Shown in pieces: positions 41,063-64,000 of a DNA stretch of 64,000 bases (its first letter is position 1; each line of letters begins with the position of its first letter). The notes beneath the pieces were generated by a model. The model saw nothing but the letters and a program-made list of their open reading frames with translations, did not search any database and was not told the DNA's origin. The stretch comes from Scyliorhinus canicula (lineage: Eukaryota), in assembly GCF_902713615.1 (NCBI RefSeq), contig NC_052168.1, positions 5,766,001 through 5,830,000 of the forward strand. The letters run 5' to 3'. The translations under genes were made by a program, and so were the position numbers.

Positions 41063-41924
41063 TGATGTTTTGCGTCCCTTTGATTCTTCTTCCGAGCTGA
41101 AGGAAGGGAGAGTGTGTTTGAATTCCCTTCAGTTCTGATGAAGAGCCAAAGGACTCACCGTTCACTGTTTTCTCTCCTTAACAGCTGCTGCCACACCTTG
41201 CGTTTTTCCAGCAATCCTTGTAAATTGTTCCAGATTCCAGCGTCCACACTATTTTCACTTTTTCGGTTGGTTGACCAGCTCAGCAACCCAGAATGCTCGG
41301 GGTAGCAGAACTTGCTGTGAGTTACACACAAGTAGCAGAATGGCCTCCACTTCAGATAGAAGAATGTGGGAGGGGGGAACCAGCCAGGAGCTCGCTGCAA
41401 TAGTCATGTCTGGAGGTAACGGAAATACGAAGGAAGGTTTCAGCAGCTCCTCTCTGGAAATGAATGTGATTGACTGGAGTTCACAGGGCTGGTACCTGGA
41501 GGGAACATTGTTTGGGGATAGAGCCAAAAGCAATGCCGTCAATCTGCCCCACAAGGGCAGCACGGTAGCACAGTGGTTAGCACAGTTCCCTCACAGCTCC
41601 AGGGTCCCAGGTTCGATTCCTGGCTTGGGTGCTTGAGTCTGCACGTTCTCCTCCCCTTGCCAACAATGAAGTCGAGGCATTTAGTTGAACCCTGCTCTGT
41701 GTGATGAAATTACCATTTCTAGGGATCCCACGTTCAAGTGCAAGGTGAAACATCCCATCATCAAATCCACGGCTGGAAAACTAAATCACTTTTGCATTGA
41801 GATCAGAGGTCAAGAGCAAACTTGGCGAGATCATGCAAAGCCACGTCAACAAAAGTAAGAAATTGTCATTCAGTTCAAATGAGAGCCTTAAACAAAGAGA
41901 CATTTTTACAGTCCAAGGAACCCA

Positions 41925-42140
41925 AAAGCAGTGACATCATCGAGATGAATCTCCCAACCTGGTCTGGATTCCAAAGCTCTGATTGGCTTCTCGCCCCCCC
42001 CCCCCCCACCCCCTCCCCCTCCCCCTCCCCCTCTTATTGGTAATTGGTGCCTGCAGAGATTGGTGATGTCATTCTCTGTTTAAATGTAGGATGTCCCAGT
42101 TGTATAAATACAAGACCTTGTGTTGGGAAGGGTCAGTTCT
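41925..42140 (+). promoter_or_regulatory. Core promoter of copy 7
   Basis: TATAAA 42103-42108, Inr TCAGTT 42133-42138, TGATGTCA, ATTGG boxes; an internal deletion removes one CCAAT-containing segment. Confidence 0.83.
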
Positions 42141-42162
42141 GGAACGTTTGAAGCAACATTGA

Positions 42163-45468
<3,306 letters not shown>

Positions 45469-46179
45469 ACTGACTGCTGGGAAGAAGCTTATTGTGTCTG
45501 GTATCCTATTTGTAGAACTGACCTTTGGACCTGCTGCCAGTTTGTGATGTTGCACCAGAGCTCCATTGTGAATGTACAAACTTTATAAATAAACCGTTCA
45601 TTGTGTTTAATAGCTACTTGTTTGCAAATTTATTGCAATCTCATTATTACTTTAACCATAGTCTACTGCATTGTTGACAGTCTGTCAACAATTTACCTTT
45701 TTGGATTCTTTGGTACATTTCTAGTGCCTTTTGCACCACTAAATGTCACACCATTTGGAGCTGTCAAATCTTCTCTGCTTTTTGCAAAAAAAATCTCTCC
45801 ATTTGCACAACTGTTTAGAACCAAAGAATTCCTACAACACTGAATGTGAGTCTGCACCAACCCTACAAAAGAGCCCAGTTCCCTCCCAATCTGCACATCT
45901 TTGGACTTGGGTGGAAATCCACACTGATGTGGGCAGGAATGTGTAACTGCAACCAGACTGTCAGCCAAGGCTGGGATTGAACCCTGGTCCCTGATGCTGT
46001 GAGGTGGCCATTCATTGATGTTCAGCACTTCAGTACAAGAATCAAAAGTGGACATGAGTTCTAGGAGCTCCCTCAACTCTTGGTAACAAGGGAATTATAA
46101 CTACATTGGGCAACACAGCCTGAATCATATTCACCGCTGGTCTCTGAGGATGGGAAAGTGATGATTCCATGTTTGTGTG

Positions 46180-46214
<35 letters not shown>

Positions 46215-47164
46215 GGAGAAGGAGAAGAGAGTTCAGTTTGCAAACTAAATTGAGCCAAATCTGCAGGAGTGAATGTTGTCACCTATAGAACAAACCAAGC
46301 AAGTATTGTGGCTTGTTATGGTTTCCTCTGTTTTAATTACCTTTGCTCAAGAATCGGCAAGTATCTTTTCGATACTACCACAAGGTTCAAAACCCAATAC
46401 TGGTCAATGACTTGATACACCAGTTAGTAAGTTTGAAATCAATGCGCATTTATTTACACAGTCAATTATTACTCGTGCACAAACTCTACTCGCTCAACTA
46501 CTACTAAAAGCCTACACTTAGCTTCGGGTGTCCACAGTCAGAGGAACAGTGGCCGTTGTCCGGTTTTGAGACTGCTGGCTTTGAACTGGGATAGAATAGT
46601 AGCTAGGAGCACCTATCCCGTAGCGTGCGTTGACCTTACACTTACTTGGCTGGAGCTTGGCAGTTCTCTCGTCGCTTGAGAGCCAAGGCCAAATGAAGGT
46701 GACGAAGAGTGATCTATCTTTGGGGACTCCTCTTTCTACCCCAAAGGGTTTTATGCCCTTCTGGGCAGGCCCTGAACTTGGCCCCAATTAATTGGACCAT
46801 GTCCCAAATTAATTGGACCATGTCCCAATCATTTGTATTGATTCTCTCCAATAAAGGGGTCATTGCTTGATCACTGGACAGGTCCTAGGTGACCGTTGGC
46901 CTGCCTTTGTTTTAGTCCCCTGACCCCCCCCCCCCCCCCCCCCCCATCTCTGTAAGGGGCAATTTTAACATAGCCAATCCATCTAACCTGTACATTTTTA
47001 GACTGCGGGAGGAAAACAGAGCACCTGGAGGAAGCCCACACAGACTGGGCGAATCTACAATCTTCACACAGACCGCCACCTGAGGTTGGAATCTAACCTG
47101 GGTCTCCTGTGCTGTGAGGTAGCAGTGCTAACCAATGGAATCATTCTGCAAGATCTCGTGTATA

Positions 47165-48820
47165 TAAGATTGTAGGAGCAGACTTGTGCCATTTGGCCCA
47201 TCGAGACTGCTCCTCTATTCAATCATGGCTGATCTCATTATGGCCTCTACCGTCCTGCCTATTCTCCATATCCCTTCAACACATTACCAATTAAAAATCT
47301 GTCTAACCTCCTTAAATTTACTATGTCCCAGCATCCACCACACTCTGGGGTAGTGAATTCCACAGATTCCCAACCCTTTGCGAGAAGTAGTTTCTCCTCA
47401 GATTATGAATTCTAGAATGCACCACAACAGGAATCATCTGCTCCATATCTGCTTTATCCATTCCTTTTTATCATTTTGCATACAAATTTGATCTCCCCTC
47501 ATTCTTCCAAACTGGAGAGTTTAGGCCCAAACTGCTCAATCTCTCGTCATACAAGAGTGGATAAAGAGCGGACTATATGGTCAATGGAAGAGTCCTGGGG
47601 AAAATTGATGTACAGAGAGATCTGGGAGTTCAGGTCCATTGTACCCTGAAGGTAGCCACACAGGTTGATAGAGTGGTCAAGAAGGCATACAGCATGCTTG
47701 CCTTCATCGGACGGGGTATTGAGTACAAGAGTCGGCAGGTCATGTTACAGTTGTATATGACTTTGGTTAGCCCACATTTGGAATACTGCGTGCAGTTCTG
47801 GTCGCCGCATTACCAGAAGGATGTGGATGCTTTAGAGAGGGTGCAGAGGAGGTTCACCAGGATGTTGCCTGGTATGGAGGGTGCTAGCTATGAAGAAAGG
47901 TTGAGTAGATTAGGATTGTTTTCATTGGAAAGACGGAGGTTGAGGGGGGACCTGATTGAGGTCTACAAAATTATGAGAGGTATGGACAGGGTGGATAGCA
48001 ACAAAGTTTTTCCAAGAGTGGGGGTGTCAATTACAAGGGGTCATGCTTTCAAGGTGAGAAGGGGAAAGTTTAAGGGAGATGTGCGTGGAAAGTTTTTTAC
48101 GCAGAGGGTGGTGGGTGCCTGGAACGCTTTGCCAGCGGAGGGGGTAGAGGCGGGCACGATAGCATAATTTAAGATGCATCTAGACAGATATATGAATGGG
48201 CGGGGAACAGAGGGAAGTAGATCCTTGAAAAATAGGCGACAGTTTTAGATAAAGGATCTGGATCGGCGCAGGCTGGGAGGGCCGAAGGGCCTGTTCCTGT
48301 GCTGTAATTTTCTTTGTTCTTTGAACCTCCTCTGAACTGCCTCCATTGTCTGCCCTCAATTCCAATGGTTTGTTGAGTACCGTTTCCCTATTGATGCTGA
48401 TTGTCCTAAATTCCTCCCTCTCTATTACCTCTGAATTACCCGTTCCTATACAAATGGTACTAGTGTCCTCCCCCATGAAAACTGAGGCAAAGTATTGATT
48501 TAGCATCTTGACCATTTCTGTGTTTCTCCATTATTAACTCTCTGTTTTCATCTTCCAAAGGACCAACATTTATCTCAGTGACTCTCTTCCCTTTTATGTA
48601 CTTATAGAAGCTTTTGTTATCCGTTTTGATATTTTGCTTTAGTTTTCTTTTGTAATTTACATTCACTCTTTTTATTACCTTTTTTAGTATCCCTTTGTTT
48701 ATTTTTGAAAGCTTCTCAATCTTCCAGCCTGCCTTTGCAAAGTGATAAACCTTAGTCTTTGCCTTTATATTGTCCTTGACCTCCTTGTTTAGCCATGTAT
48801 CTCTATTGCTCTCCTTCAAA
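47165..48820. mobile_element. Stack of CR1 fragments (minus 47165-47553, plus 47555-48323, minus 48324-48820)
   Basis: ORF 47577-48167 QRDLGVQVH...PHLEYCVQFWSP...RVVGAWNALP; minus-strand KSFYKYIKGKR, LNQYFASVF. Confidence 0.9.
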
Positions 48821-49357
48821 CCTGAAAATTATTTAAGCTTTGTTGCTGCAACTCCAATCACCAGTAAATTTTAGAATCCTAGTCGCAAACTGCAGTGACG
48901 ACAATTAAACGAGAGGTTCCAATTATTAGCATCACAGTCATGTTAACATCTTTACAGCTCACGAGTTTCCAGGAAAATTTACAACGGGTAACGGATGATT
49001 CTTCCCCACTGTGAGCGTTCATACCAATCACCATCCCTACTCCCTACAGGCTGTGATACTGAATTCAAAGCATTTCCTGAGGAAAGGTTCAATCAATAGT
49101 TCCCTCCAAACCGGGAACCACAGACCTTGATCAAAGTCTCCGGTGTCCATTCGGCTAACAATATAATGTCCACCAGTTTGGACCAAGCCCTTTGTGACCA
49201 CAGGATAGTCACTGCATCACAGACCCTCTTTAACCAGAACAGGTCTAAATAAATAAAATATAATTTCACCTGTGCTGTGGCTCTGGGTTACGTGGGGATG
49301 AAATTGGTCCTCACTAGCCCAGTGTGTCGTGACAATGCCAAGATTGAAAGAAGTTAA

Positions 49358-50047
49358 ATTGGATTGGATTGGATTTGCTTATTGTCACGTGTACCGAGGT
49401 ACAGTGAAAAGGAATTTTCTGTGAGCACCTTAACAGATCATTAAGTACATGAAAAGAAAAGAAAATACATAATAGGGCAACACAAGGTATACAATGTAAC
49501 TACATAAACACTGGCATCGGGTGAAGTATACAGCAGTGTAGTGTTAATCAGGTCAGTCCATAAGAGGTCGTTTAGGAGTCTGGTAACAGCGGGGAAGAAG
49601 CCGGTTTTGAGTCTGTTCGTGCGTGTTCTCAGACTTTTATATCTCCTGCCCGATGGAAGAAGTTGGAAGAGTGAGTAAGCCGGGTGGGAGGGGTCTTTGA
49701 TTATGCTGCCCGCTTTCCCCAGGCAGTGGGAGGTGTAGATGGAGTCAATAGATGGGAGGCAGGTATGTGTGATGGACTGGACTGTGGTCATGACTCTCTG
49801 AAGTTTCTTGCAGTCTTGGGCCGAGCAGTTGCCATACCAGGCTGTGATGCAGCCAGATAGGATGCTTTCTATGGTGCATCTGTAAAAGTTGGTAAGGGTC
49901 AATGTGGACATGCCAAATTTCCTTAGTTTCCTGAGGATGTATAGGCGCTGTTGTGCTTTCTTGGTCATAGCATCGACGTGGGTTGACCAGGACAGATTTA
50001 TAGTGATGTGCACCCCTAGGAATTTGAAGCAGCTGACCATCTCCACC
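49358..50047 (-). mobile_element. Rex1/Babar-like LINE 3' fragment
   Basis: FKFLGVHIT..LSWSTH..KKAQQRLYILRKLRKF..FYRCTIESIL..WYGNC..LLPSGRRY; (AATCC)n tail. Confidence 0.88.
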
Positions 50048-50134
50048 AAATTATGAGACAGTTTGCACAGAACAACCTTGCATTCTTTCAAGTATAGAAG
50101 AATAAGCGATGATTATAATTGATATATACAGAAA

Positions 50135-51868
50135 ATGGCACCAGAGGCGAGTGAGCCGCCAAGACTAGTAACTGTGTTTCCGTAGGTACAGCGTGAAGAA
50201 GAAGGTCCTGTGCAGGGCAAAGCAGAAGCGGGAGGTGCAGTGGGCTGGAAGTGATATACGTAGATATCAGGACTTTACGGTGGAGCTGGCGAGGAGGTGG
50301 GCGGTCTTTAGCCAGGTGAAGAAGGCACTGTACAACAACAAGGTGCAGTGCAGCATAGTGTATCCAGCTAAGTTGGGGTGACCTACAAATCCAAAGACTT
50401 TTATTTTGGGATGGCGGAAGCGGCAAGGGGGTTTGCGAAGGCAGAAGGACTGTGGCAGAATTGAGAATTGAGACTGAGAGTGGGTCTTGTACCGATGTAG
50501 CCTCATGTAACTTTAATTTTTCACTGCGTGTTGGTGTATGTACTAAATGTGTCGACGGCTGTGTCATGGGCCAGGGTTTAGAGAACCCAAAGTGTATCAT
50601 GGAGTTCACCTGACCCACAACTTTTAATAGATTGTGGTATGGGGAGCACACGGCCCACTCTACAGGTGTGGTACAGCAGAAATGGAATAGTATTTGTTAA
50701 AGCAAAACACTGTTTATTCTATGAACTCAAGTTAACCTTTTTAAAACATACAGTGAACATCTTCACAACCATCAATTCAAATACAACCCCCAATTCAAAT
50801 ACAACCCCCAAAGAATACAACACTAAGGAGTTCTTAATAATTTCCCAAACAACATCCAGAAGACAAAAGAAACACCTTTTAACAGAAGCACATCAGGTTT
50901 ACATTCACTACTGAAAACATTGATAATTCCGAATTCACCAAATGATTAAGAGATAGTCTTTTCATGGCAGAGAGATCAAAAGTACACCTGCTTTGTCTGG
51001 CTTCAGCTCCAACACTGAAAACAAAACTAAAATACACCCTGCAGCAAACAGCCTAAAACGAAAGTAAAAAGCTGACAGACAGCCCAGCTCCACCCACACC
51101 CTGGCATCACGGATAAATAACCATTTCTTAAAGGTACATTTCTTAAACACCCGTTTCTTAAAGGTACTCTCCTCGCATGACAGCTGTATATTTGGACAAG
51201 GGAAGAGTTGGGACTTTCATTTGCTATGATGGTTCTTTGGGCCTTGGGTGTGTATGCTGGGGTTGTGTGCTAAAGGGGATTTCTTGGTTTTCCTAGGACC
51301 GGGCAAGGGGGATGAAGACCCGGGCGGGGGCCTCCATGCTGGCCGGTTTAAGCCAGCCAGTGACCGGGAGTGGGGTAGGGGGTGGGGCTGCTGCCATCGG
51401 AGCCTGGGAGAACAGGATTCGATGAGTCTTGCCTGGGTGAAAAGTTGGGGGGAGGAACTGAGGCTGGGGAGAGGAGTTTACAAGAGGAAGTGGAGGGGAG
51501 GAGTCTGGGAAGAGGTGGGGGAGGGGGGGGGGCTCTACAATTCATGGGTGTAATTCACGGTACTCTTTCGGGGATTGGATGGCCTTGAATATTAGGGGGA
51601 GGGAATTAGACTATATATCAATGGTGACCACGGGCGATTCCTGATTCCTTTTACTTTTTCCTTTTTTTTTCTCCTTGGGAGGTTTTGTTTTATTCGAGGC
51701 TTAAATTGTCAGGCGGGCCGTTGTTTGGGGGTTGGTGGGAGGATGGAATTGTTTAGTTAATAAGGGGATTGACATTGTATTCGTCAGAGTTTGCTGCTTG
51801 TTGGTGTGTTGTAAACCTTGAAGAAAATGTGAAAATGGAGAATAAAAATATTTTAAATAAAATAAATA
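50135..51868 (+). mobile_element. Internally deleted L1-like element (ORF1 end plus 3' tail)
   Basis: KKKVLCRAKQKREVQW..IRRYQDFTVELARR..F..VKKALY..IVYPAKL resembles the L1 ORF1p C-terminus; A-rich tail at 51840-51868. Confidence 0.75.
50562..51182. mobile_element. Solo LTR nested in L1
   Basis: TGTCATG...CATGACA termini, 4-bp TSD GCTG. Confidence 0.85.
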
Positions 51869-52124
51869 ATTGAGGTGTTGAAGATGATGTTGAAAATGAA
51901 ATTGTTTGTTTTTTATAATGTTGGGATCAAATAAATATTTCAAATTGGAGATTATGGGTTTTTGTTAGGAGATGAAGGCATATAGAACCCAAGTGGACAC
52001 GGCACTAAAATTCTGAGCAGCCATGATAATTGAATGGCAGAACAGGCTTGATGGGCTGAATGGCCTCTTCCTGTTCCTATATTGCAATCACAGACTGATC
52101 ATCCAAATATCCTTACATTCTAAT

Positions 52125-52310
52125 GCTCTGATTGGCTCTGGATGTCGCACTCCACCCCCTCTCCTTTGTTAATTGATGCATGGATTCATGGCCGATTTCT
52201 GATTGGCTATCAGGGATTGTCAATCATCATTGGTGATGTCATTCCCTGTTTGAATGCAGGATGTCCCAGTTGTATAAATACAAGAGCTCCTGCTGGGAAG
52301 GGTCATTTCC
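52125..52310 (+). promoter_or_regulatory. Core promoter of copy 8
   Basis: TATAAA 52273-52278, Inr TCATTT 52303-52308, ATTGG boxes, TGATGTCA. Confidence 0.83.
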
Positions 52311-52347
52311 AGAACTTTCTAGGTGATAGTGATCAAGAACAGTGAAG

Positions 52348-55659
<3,312 letters not shown>

Positions 55660-57332
55660 ACTGATGTGGGCAAAAGCTGGGTCTTTACATATTTATGCAA
55701 CTGAGACCTTTGGGCCTACCAGTTTGTGATGTTGTACAAAGAGCTGTTGTGAAAATGTACAAACTATAAATAAATGCTACATAATGGTGTGACTTTGCCG
55801 TGTGTCAAATAGTTGCTTGTTTGTAAATTTAAGTGGGTTTGCTGCATTGTTGAATCTTAATTTGCCCTGGATTATTTTGTACATTTATCTAGTGTCTTTG
55901 TTTCAAATTTTGTTACCTTTAAGATCCCCATGCGTAGCTATTCTTGCTGAATGGTCAGATGTGAGTGTGAGTTGGGGGGCCGTTGGTGATGCTTAATCTC
56001 TCTCTGCTTTTAAGTGCCAATGGAAACTTCATCTTTCTTGCATTTGAGCACAGCAGCTAATGGCTTGAATGTTTTTCTGTGCCTTGTGATTCAAGCATTT
56101 AGTTCAAGAGTCAACCCAAATCCATCATTGTCTGCAGAATTATTAGTGAAATGTCCTGGGTGGGGGAAAGAATGGGATCGCCTGCACCTTTTCAATATTC
56201 TGTGAAGCAGAAGGCAGCAAGTTGCAGCAGCAGCAATGTGGATCTGGGTTCTGGGAATTTGTTTGAGCTATCGTTTTAAAAAGGAATTACAACTGGGTTG
56301 TTTGTCACAATTACCACTGGCTTCTTGAGGGAGGGTGAAGTTTCAAATCTGTAATTGAGCACAATCGCTTCATTTTATTTTTAAAATGACAAAGCAATTT
56401 TGCACTGTGCAGTTTATAAAGCCCAATACCACCAGCTCTCCAGAACTTGCAATGAATCTTGCTGTGCATTAGTACAAAATAAAGATCATCCTTTGAAAAA
56501 TTTCTATTGCTCTCCAAAGATGACAAATAAAACTTTGTTGCTGCAATTGCACTCAATACGTTTTTGAATCTTAGTTGAGAACTGCAGTGAAGTCAATGAA
56601 ACGAGATTCTTCAATTATTAGAATCGGTGATAGTATCCAGGAAAATCCACACGTGGCAAAGGATGATTCTTTCCCCCACGGTGAGCTTTTTATACCCATC
56701 ACCATCTTGCTATTTGTGATACGGAATTCCAAATATTTCCTGAGGAAAGGATCAATCAATAATAATCGCTTATTGTCACGAGTAGGCTTCAATGAAGTTA
56801 CTGTGAAAAGCCTCTAGTCGCCACATTCTGCCGCCTGTTTGGGGAGGCTGGTACGGGAATTGAGCCTGCGCTGCTGCCCTGCTCTGCATTACAAGCCAGC
56901 TGTTTAGCCCACTGTGCTAAACCAGCCCGATAGGTTCCCTCTCATCCAGTGACCATAGGCCCTCATCAAAGTTTCTGGCCTTGTGAAGTCCATTATTATG
57001 GACAAAGCCCTGTGTGACCACAGGACAGTCACTGTATCCCGGATCCATTTCCTTTTAACCAGAATCGTGGGGAAATACCCAGATATATTTTCTCTTCAGG
57101 TGGGTCAGCTGTGCCCATTGATGGCATCTCTTCGCAGAGGCTCGTGCCTGGACTGTGACTAGTGACTCTGGATGTCGGGGTTTCTGAAACAGGCAGCTGA
57201 TACTTCCTACCTCCGAGAGATGAAATACTGTGTGATTGTAGGAAAGGGCACTGAATTGATGTCTTCACCTGCATTTGCCAAGATGGAAGAACTGCAATTT
57301 TTTGTGTTAGACTCTCACAATCCACTCTCTAT

Positions 57333-57544
57333 TGTGGTAGGCTATATTAGGGGTATCGCGGTACCTTATACTGTAGTATGAGAGGCAGAACCTGCTTTTT
57401 GGTTCCGCCCAGCAGGCGGAGCATAAGAGTCTGTGTTTCACCCACAGCACTCATTCTGTACTGGAGCTGCTGGGGTAACTACATGTTCATTAAAGCCTTC
57501 AATTGGACTACACTCTCGCTTCAGTAGTGATTGATCGTGCATCA
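57333..57544. mobile_element. Solo LTR (212 bp)
   Basis: TG...CA termini, TSD TCTAT; its end resembles the reverse complement of the 36421 LTR start. Confidence 0.8.
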
Positions 57545-58789
57545 TCTATAGAGATGAAGTTATGTTTGTTTTTCTTGCCTTGTATACATATTAATGCATT
57601 CACCACTTTGACGACATTTGTTCAACTGCTACCTGCATACCATTCGCAAGCCCTCCCCGGACAAACATCGGGGGCTCCCACTGCCCCACTTCTGTGGAAT
57701 TATCGCCCGCGTTTCCACCCACATCTGTGCCCATGACCCCTCGAGCCAGCAAGCTCTCCCCTCACAACCCACTCTTTACCACCATACATTAGTGGACCCC
57801 CCCCCCCCCTCAAGAGGGTCTCTCACGAGAGGCTGGCACAGCCACATTGCCAGTGCCAAGCTGGCAGTTCCCACATGAACTGGGCCAATGCCAGGCGACA
57901 GTGCCCTGGTGTGACTCCCCCACCCACCACCCCCTCTTGGGGGCTAACTTCCTTTGCGCATCCAGAGGGATCCGTTCCACTGTTTCCCTTTTTTAAAAAG
58001 CGGTTGTAAACCTCACCAACGTGACGTCACATCGGCGAGGTAAAACTATTTAGTCAGGGGGCTGGTTTAGCACATGGGCTAAATCGCTGGCTTTGAAAGC
58101 AGACCAAGGCAGGCCAGCAGCACGGTTCAATTCCCGTATCAGCCTCCCCGAACAGGCGCCGGAATGTGGCGACTAGGGGCTTTTCACAGTAACTTCACTT
58201 TGAAGCCTACTCGTGACAATAAGCCATTTTCATTTCATTTTTTCATTTCATTCAGTGAGGGGGCATCATGTAGCACAGAGACCTGTCAGTAATATTAAAG
58301 TTTGTTAAAATCAATTTAAATGAGGTTCCTCTTCCCTTTTTGTGGGCGTGAACGTTGTGATGTCGCCGGCGAGGGGGCGGGGAGAATCGGAAAATCCGAT
58401 CTCACTGGAGAATATTGCGGTTCCCGATTCACTCCAGATTTTCCAACCACTTCGCCGTTCTATCCGACCTCGATCCGGGGCTGAAAATCGCCCTTATAGG
58501 ATATGTAAGGAAATTGGCAGGATAGGGCGGCACGGTGGAGCAGTTGTTGGCACTGCTGCTTCACTGAGCGGCACTGAGGACCCGGGTTCAATCCTTGCCC
58601 CGGGTCACTGTCCGTGTGGAGTTTGCCACATTCTCCTCGTGTCTGCGTGGGTCTCAACCCCACAACCCAAAAAGGTGTAGGCGGATTGGCCGGCTAAATT
58701 GCCCCTTAATTGGAAAAAATAATTGGGTACTTTAAATTTAAAAAAATAAAAGAAATAAAAGAAACTGGCAGGATTTGATGATTCAAACA

Positions 58790-59660
58790 TCCTGCGACAG
58801 TACTGGTGTCTCGGCAGAGTTGATAATATAAAAAGTTGCAGAGGGACATGGATAGATTACGTGAGTGGGCAAATCTGTGGCAAATGCAGTTCGATGTGAG
58901 GAAGAGCCAAGGTCATCCACTTTGGAATGGGAAAGATAAATAAGAGTGTTTTCCAAATGGTGAGGAGCGAGGGGCAGTGAGAGTTCGGAATCCATGAACA
59001 CAAATAGCTAAAAGCTAGTGGACAGCATCAAAAATAAATTAAAGAGGCTAATAGAATTTTATTCTTCATCTAATGGGGGCTGGAATAGAGAGGGATAGAG
59101 GTTCTGAAACAGCTGTATAAAGAGCAGCTTAGACCACATCTGGAACACCGTGTTCAGGATAAATTGGCTTTGATAGGGATGCAGAAAAGATCCATCAGAA
59201 CGATAGGAACACTAAACGGGTTAAATGATGAGGACAATTTGCATCGACTGCTCTTGCAATCCACAGAATCTAAGGGATGATTATAATTGAGGTGTTGAAG
59301 ATGATTATTGGATTTGATAGGATAGATAGAGAGAAGCCATCTCCACAGGTGGGAAAAGGGGGGCGGGTTGTGTAAAATGTTAAGTTTAGAGCGGGGGTGT
59401 TCAGGGGTGATGTTAGGGAGCACTGATGCTGGAGATCTGGAACTCTATCGCCCAAAATGTCAGAAGTTATTTTACCATTTCGAAAATTAGGTTGGTCATT
59501 TTTTATAATGTTGGGATCAAATAAATATTTCAAAATGGAGATTATAGGTTTTTGTTAGGTAAGGGGATGAAGGCATATAGAACCCAAATGGACACACGGC
59601 ACTAAAATTCAGAGCAGCCATGATAATTGAATGGCAGAACAGGCTTGATGGGCTGAATGG
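58790..59660 (+). mobile_element. Old degenerate CR1 fragment directly upstream of copy 9 (3' part shared upstream of copy 8)
   Basis: Remnants of WANLWQMQF and LRPHLE motifs plus the GGGCTGAATGGCCTCTTCCTGTTCCTAT tail. Confidence 0.7.
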
Positions 59661-59719
59661 CCTCTTCCTGTTCCTATATTGCAATCACAGACTGATCATC
59701 CAAATCTGCCAGCTTTCCA

Positions 59720-59906
59720 AAGCTCTTATTGGCTCTGGATGTCGCACTCCACCCCCTCTCCTTTGTTAATTGGTGCCGGGATTCATGGCCGATTTCTGAT
59801 TGGCTATCATGGATTGTCAATCATCATTGGTGATGTCATTCCCTGTTTGAATGCAGGATGTCCCTGTTGTATAAATACAAGAGCTCCTGCTGGGAAGGGT
59901 CATTTC
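59720..59906 (+). promoter_or_regulatory. Core promoter of copy 9
   Basis: TATAAA 59870-59875, Inr TCATTT 59900-59905; near-identical to the copy 8 promoter. Confidence 0.83.
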
Positions 59907-59944
59907 CAGAACTTTCTAGGTGATAGTGATCAAGAACAGTGAAG

Positions 59945-63671
<3,727 letters not shown>

Positions 63672-64000
63672 ACTGACTGGGAAGAAGCTTATGGTGTCTA
63701 GTATCATATTTGTATCACTGAGACCTTTGGACCTGCCAGTTCATGTTGTACAGACAAGACTCCATTGTGGAAATCTATGAACGATATAAATAAATGCTTC
63801 AAAATGGAGTGTCTTTTGGCTCGGTGTTTTAAATAGCTGCATGTTGCAGTTTAATTGTGTCTACTGCATTGTTGACGGTCTAAATTTACCATAGATTCTT
63901 TTGCACCTTTATCCAGTGCCTCCTGACCAATATTTGGTACCAGATCCCCATGCTATGGGGGTTACTGTCAGAGCAGGGGGCTGTTAGTGATGCTTATTAT

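Noticed and set aside
46307-46920. Possible additional LTR fragment
   Set aside because: LTR-like composition, but I could not define both termini or a TSD.

Overview
Vertebrate genomic DNA, most likely a shark (elasmobranch), judged from HE1/V-SINE-type SINEs and CR1/Tx1/L1 LINE remnants. The window is a dense tandem cluster of 4-exon ferritin genes. Eight copies look intact (176-177 aa, H'/M-type, complete ferroxidase centre) and one is a pseudogene lacking exon 1. Copies 1-5 are on the minus strand and copies 6-9 on the plus strand. All intact copies share a compact promoter (multiple CCAAT boxes, usually TGACATCA, TATAAA, initiator) that predicts a 36-43 nt 5'UTR with no iron-responsive element. 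Exons are nearly identical between copies while most introns diverge and carry different transposons. Two non-sister copies carry a Glu->Lys charge reversal at the three-fold iron-entry channel. The rest is SINEs, LINE fragments, solo LTRs, a GC-rich MITE-like element and a 55-bp minisatellite. All comparisons were made by eye; no alignments or database searches were run.
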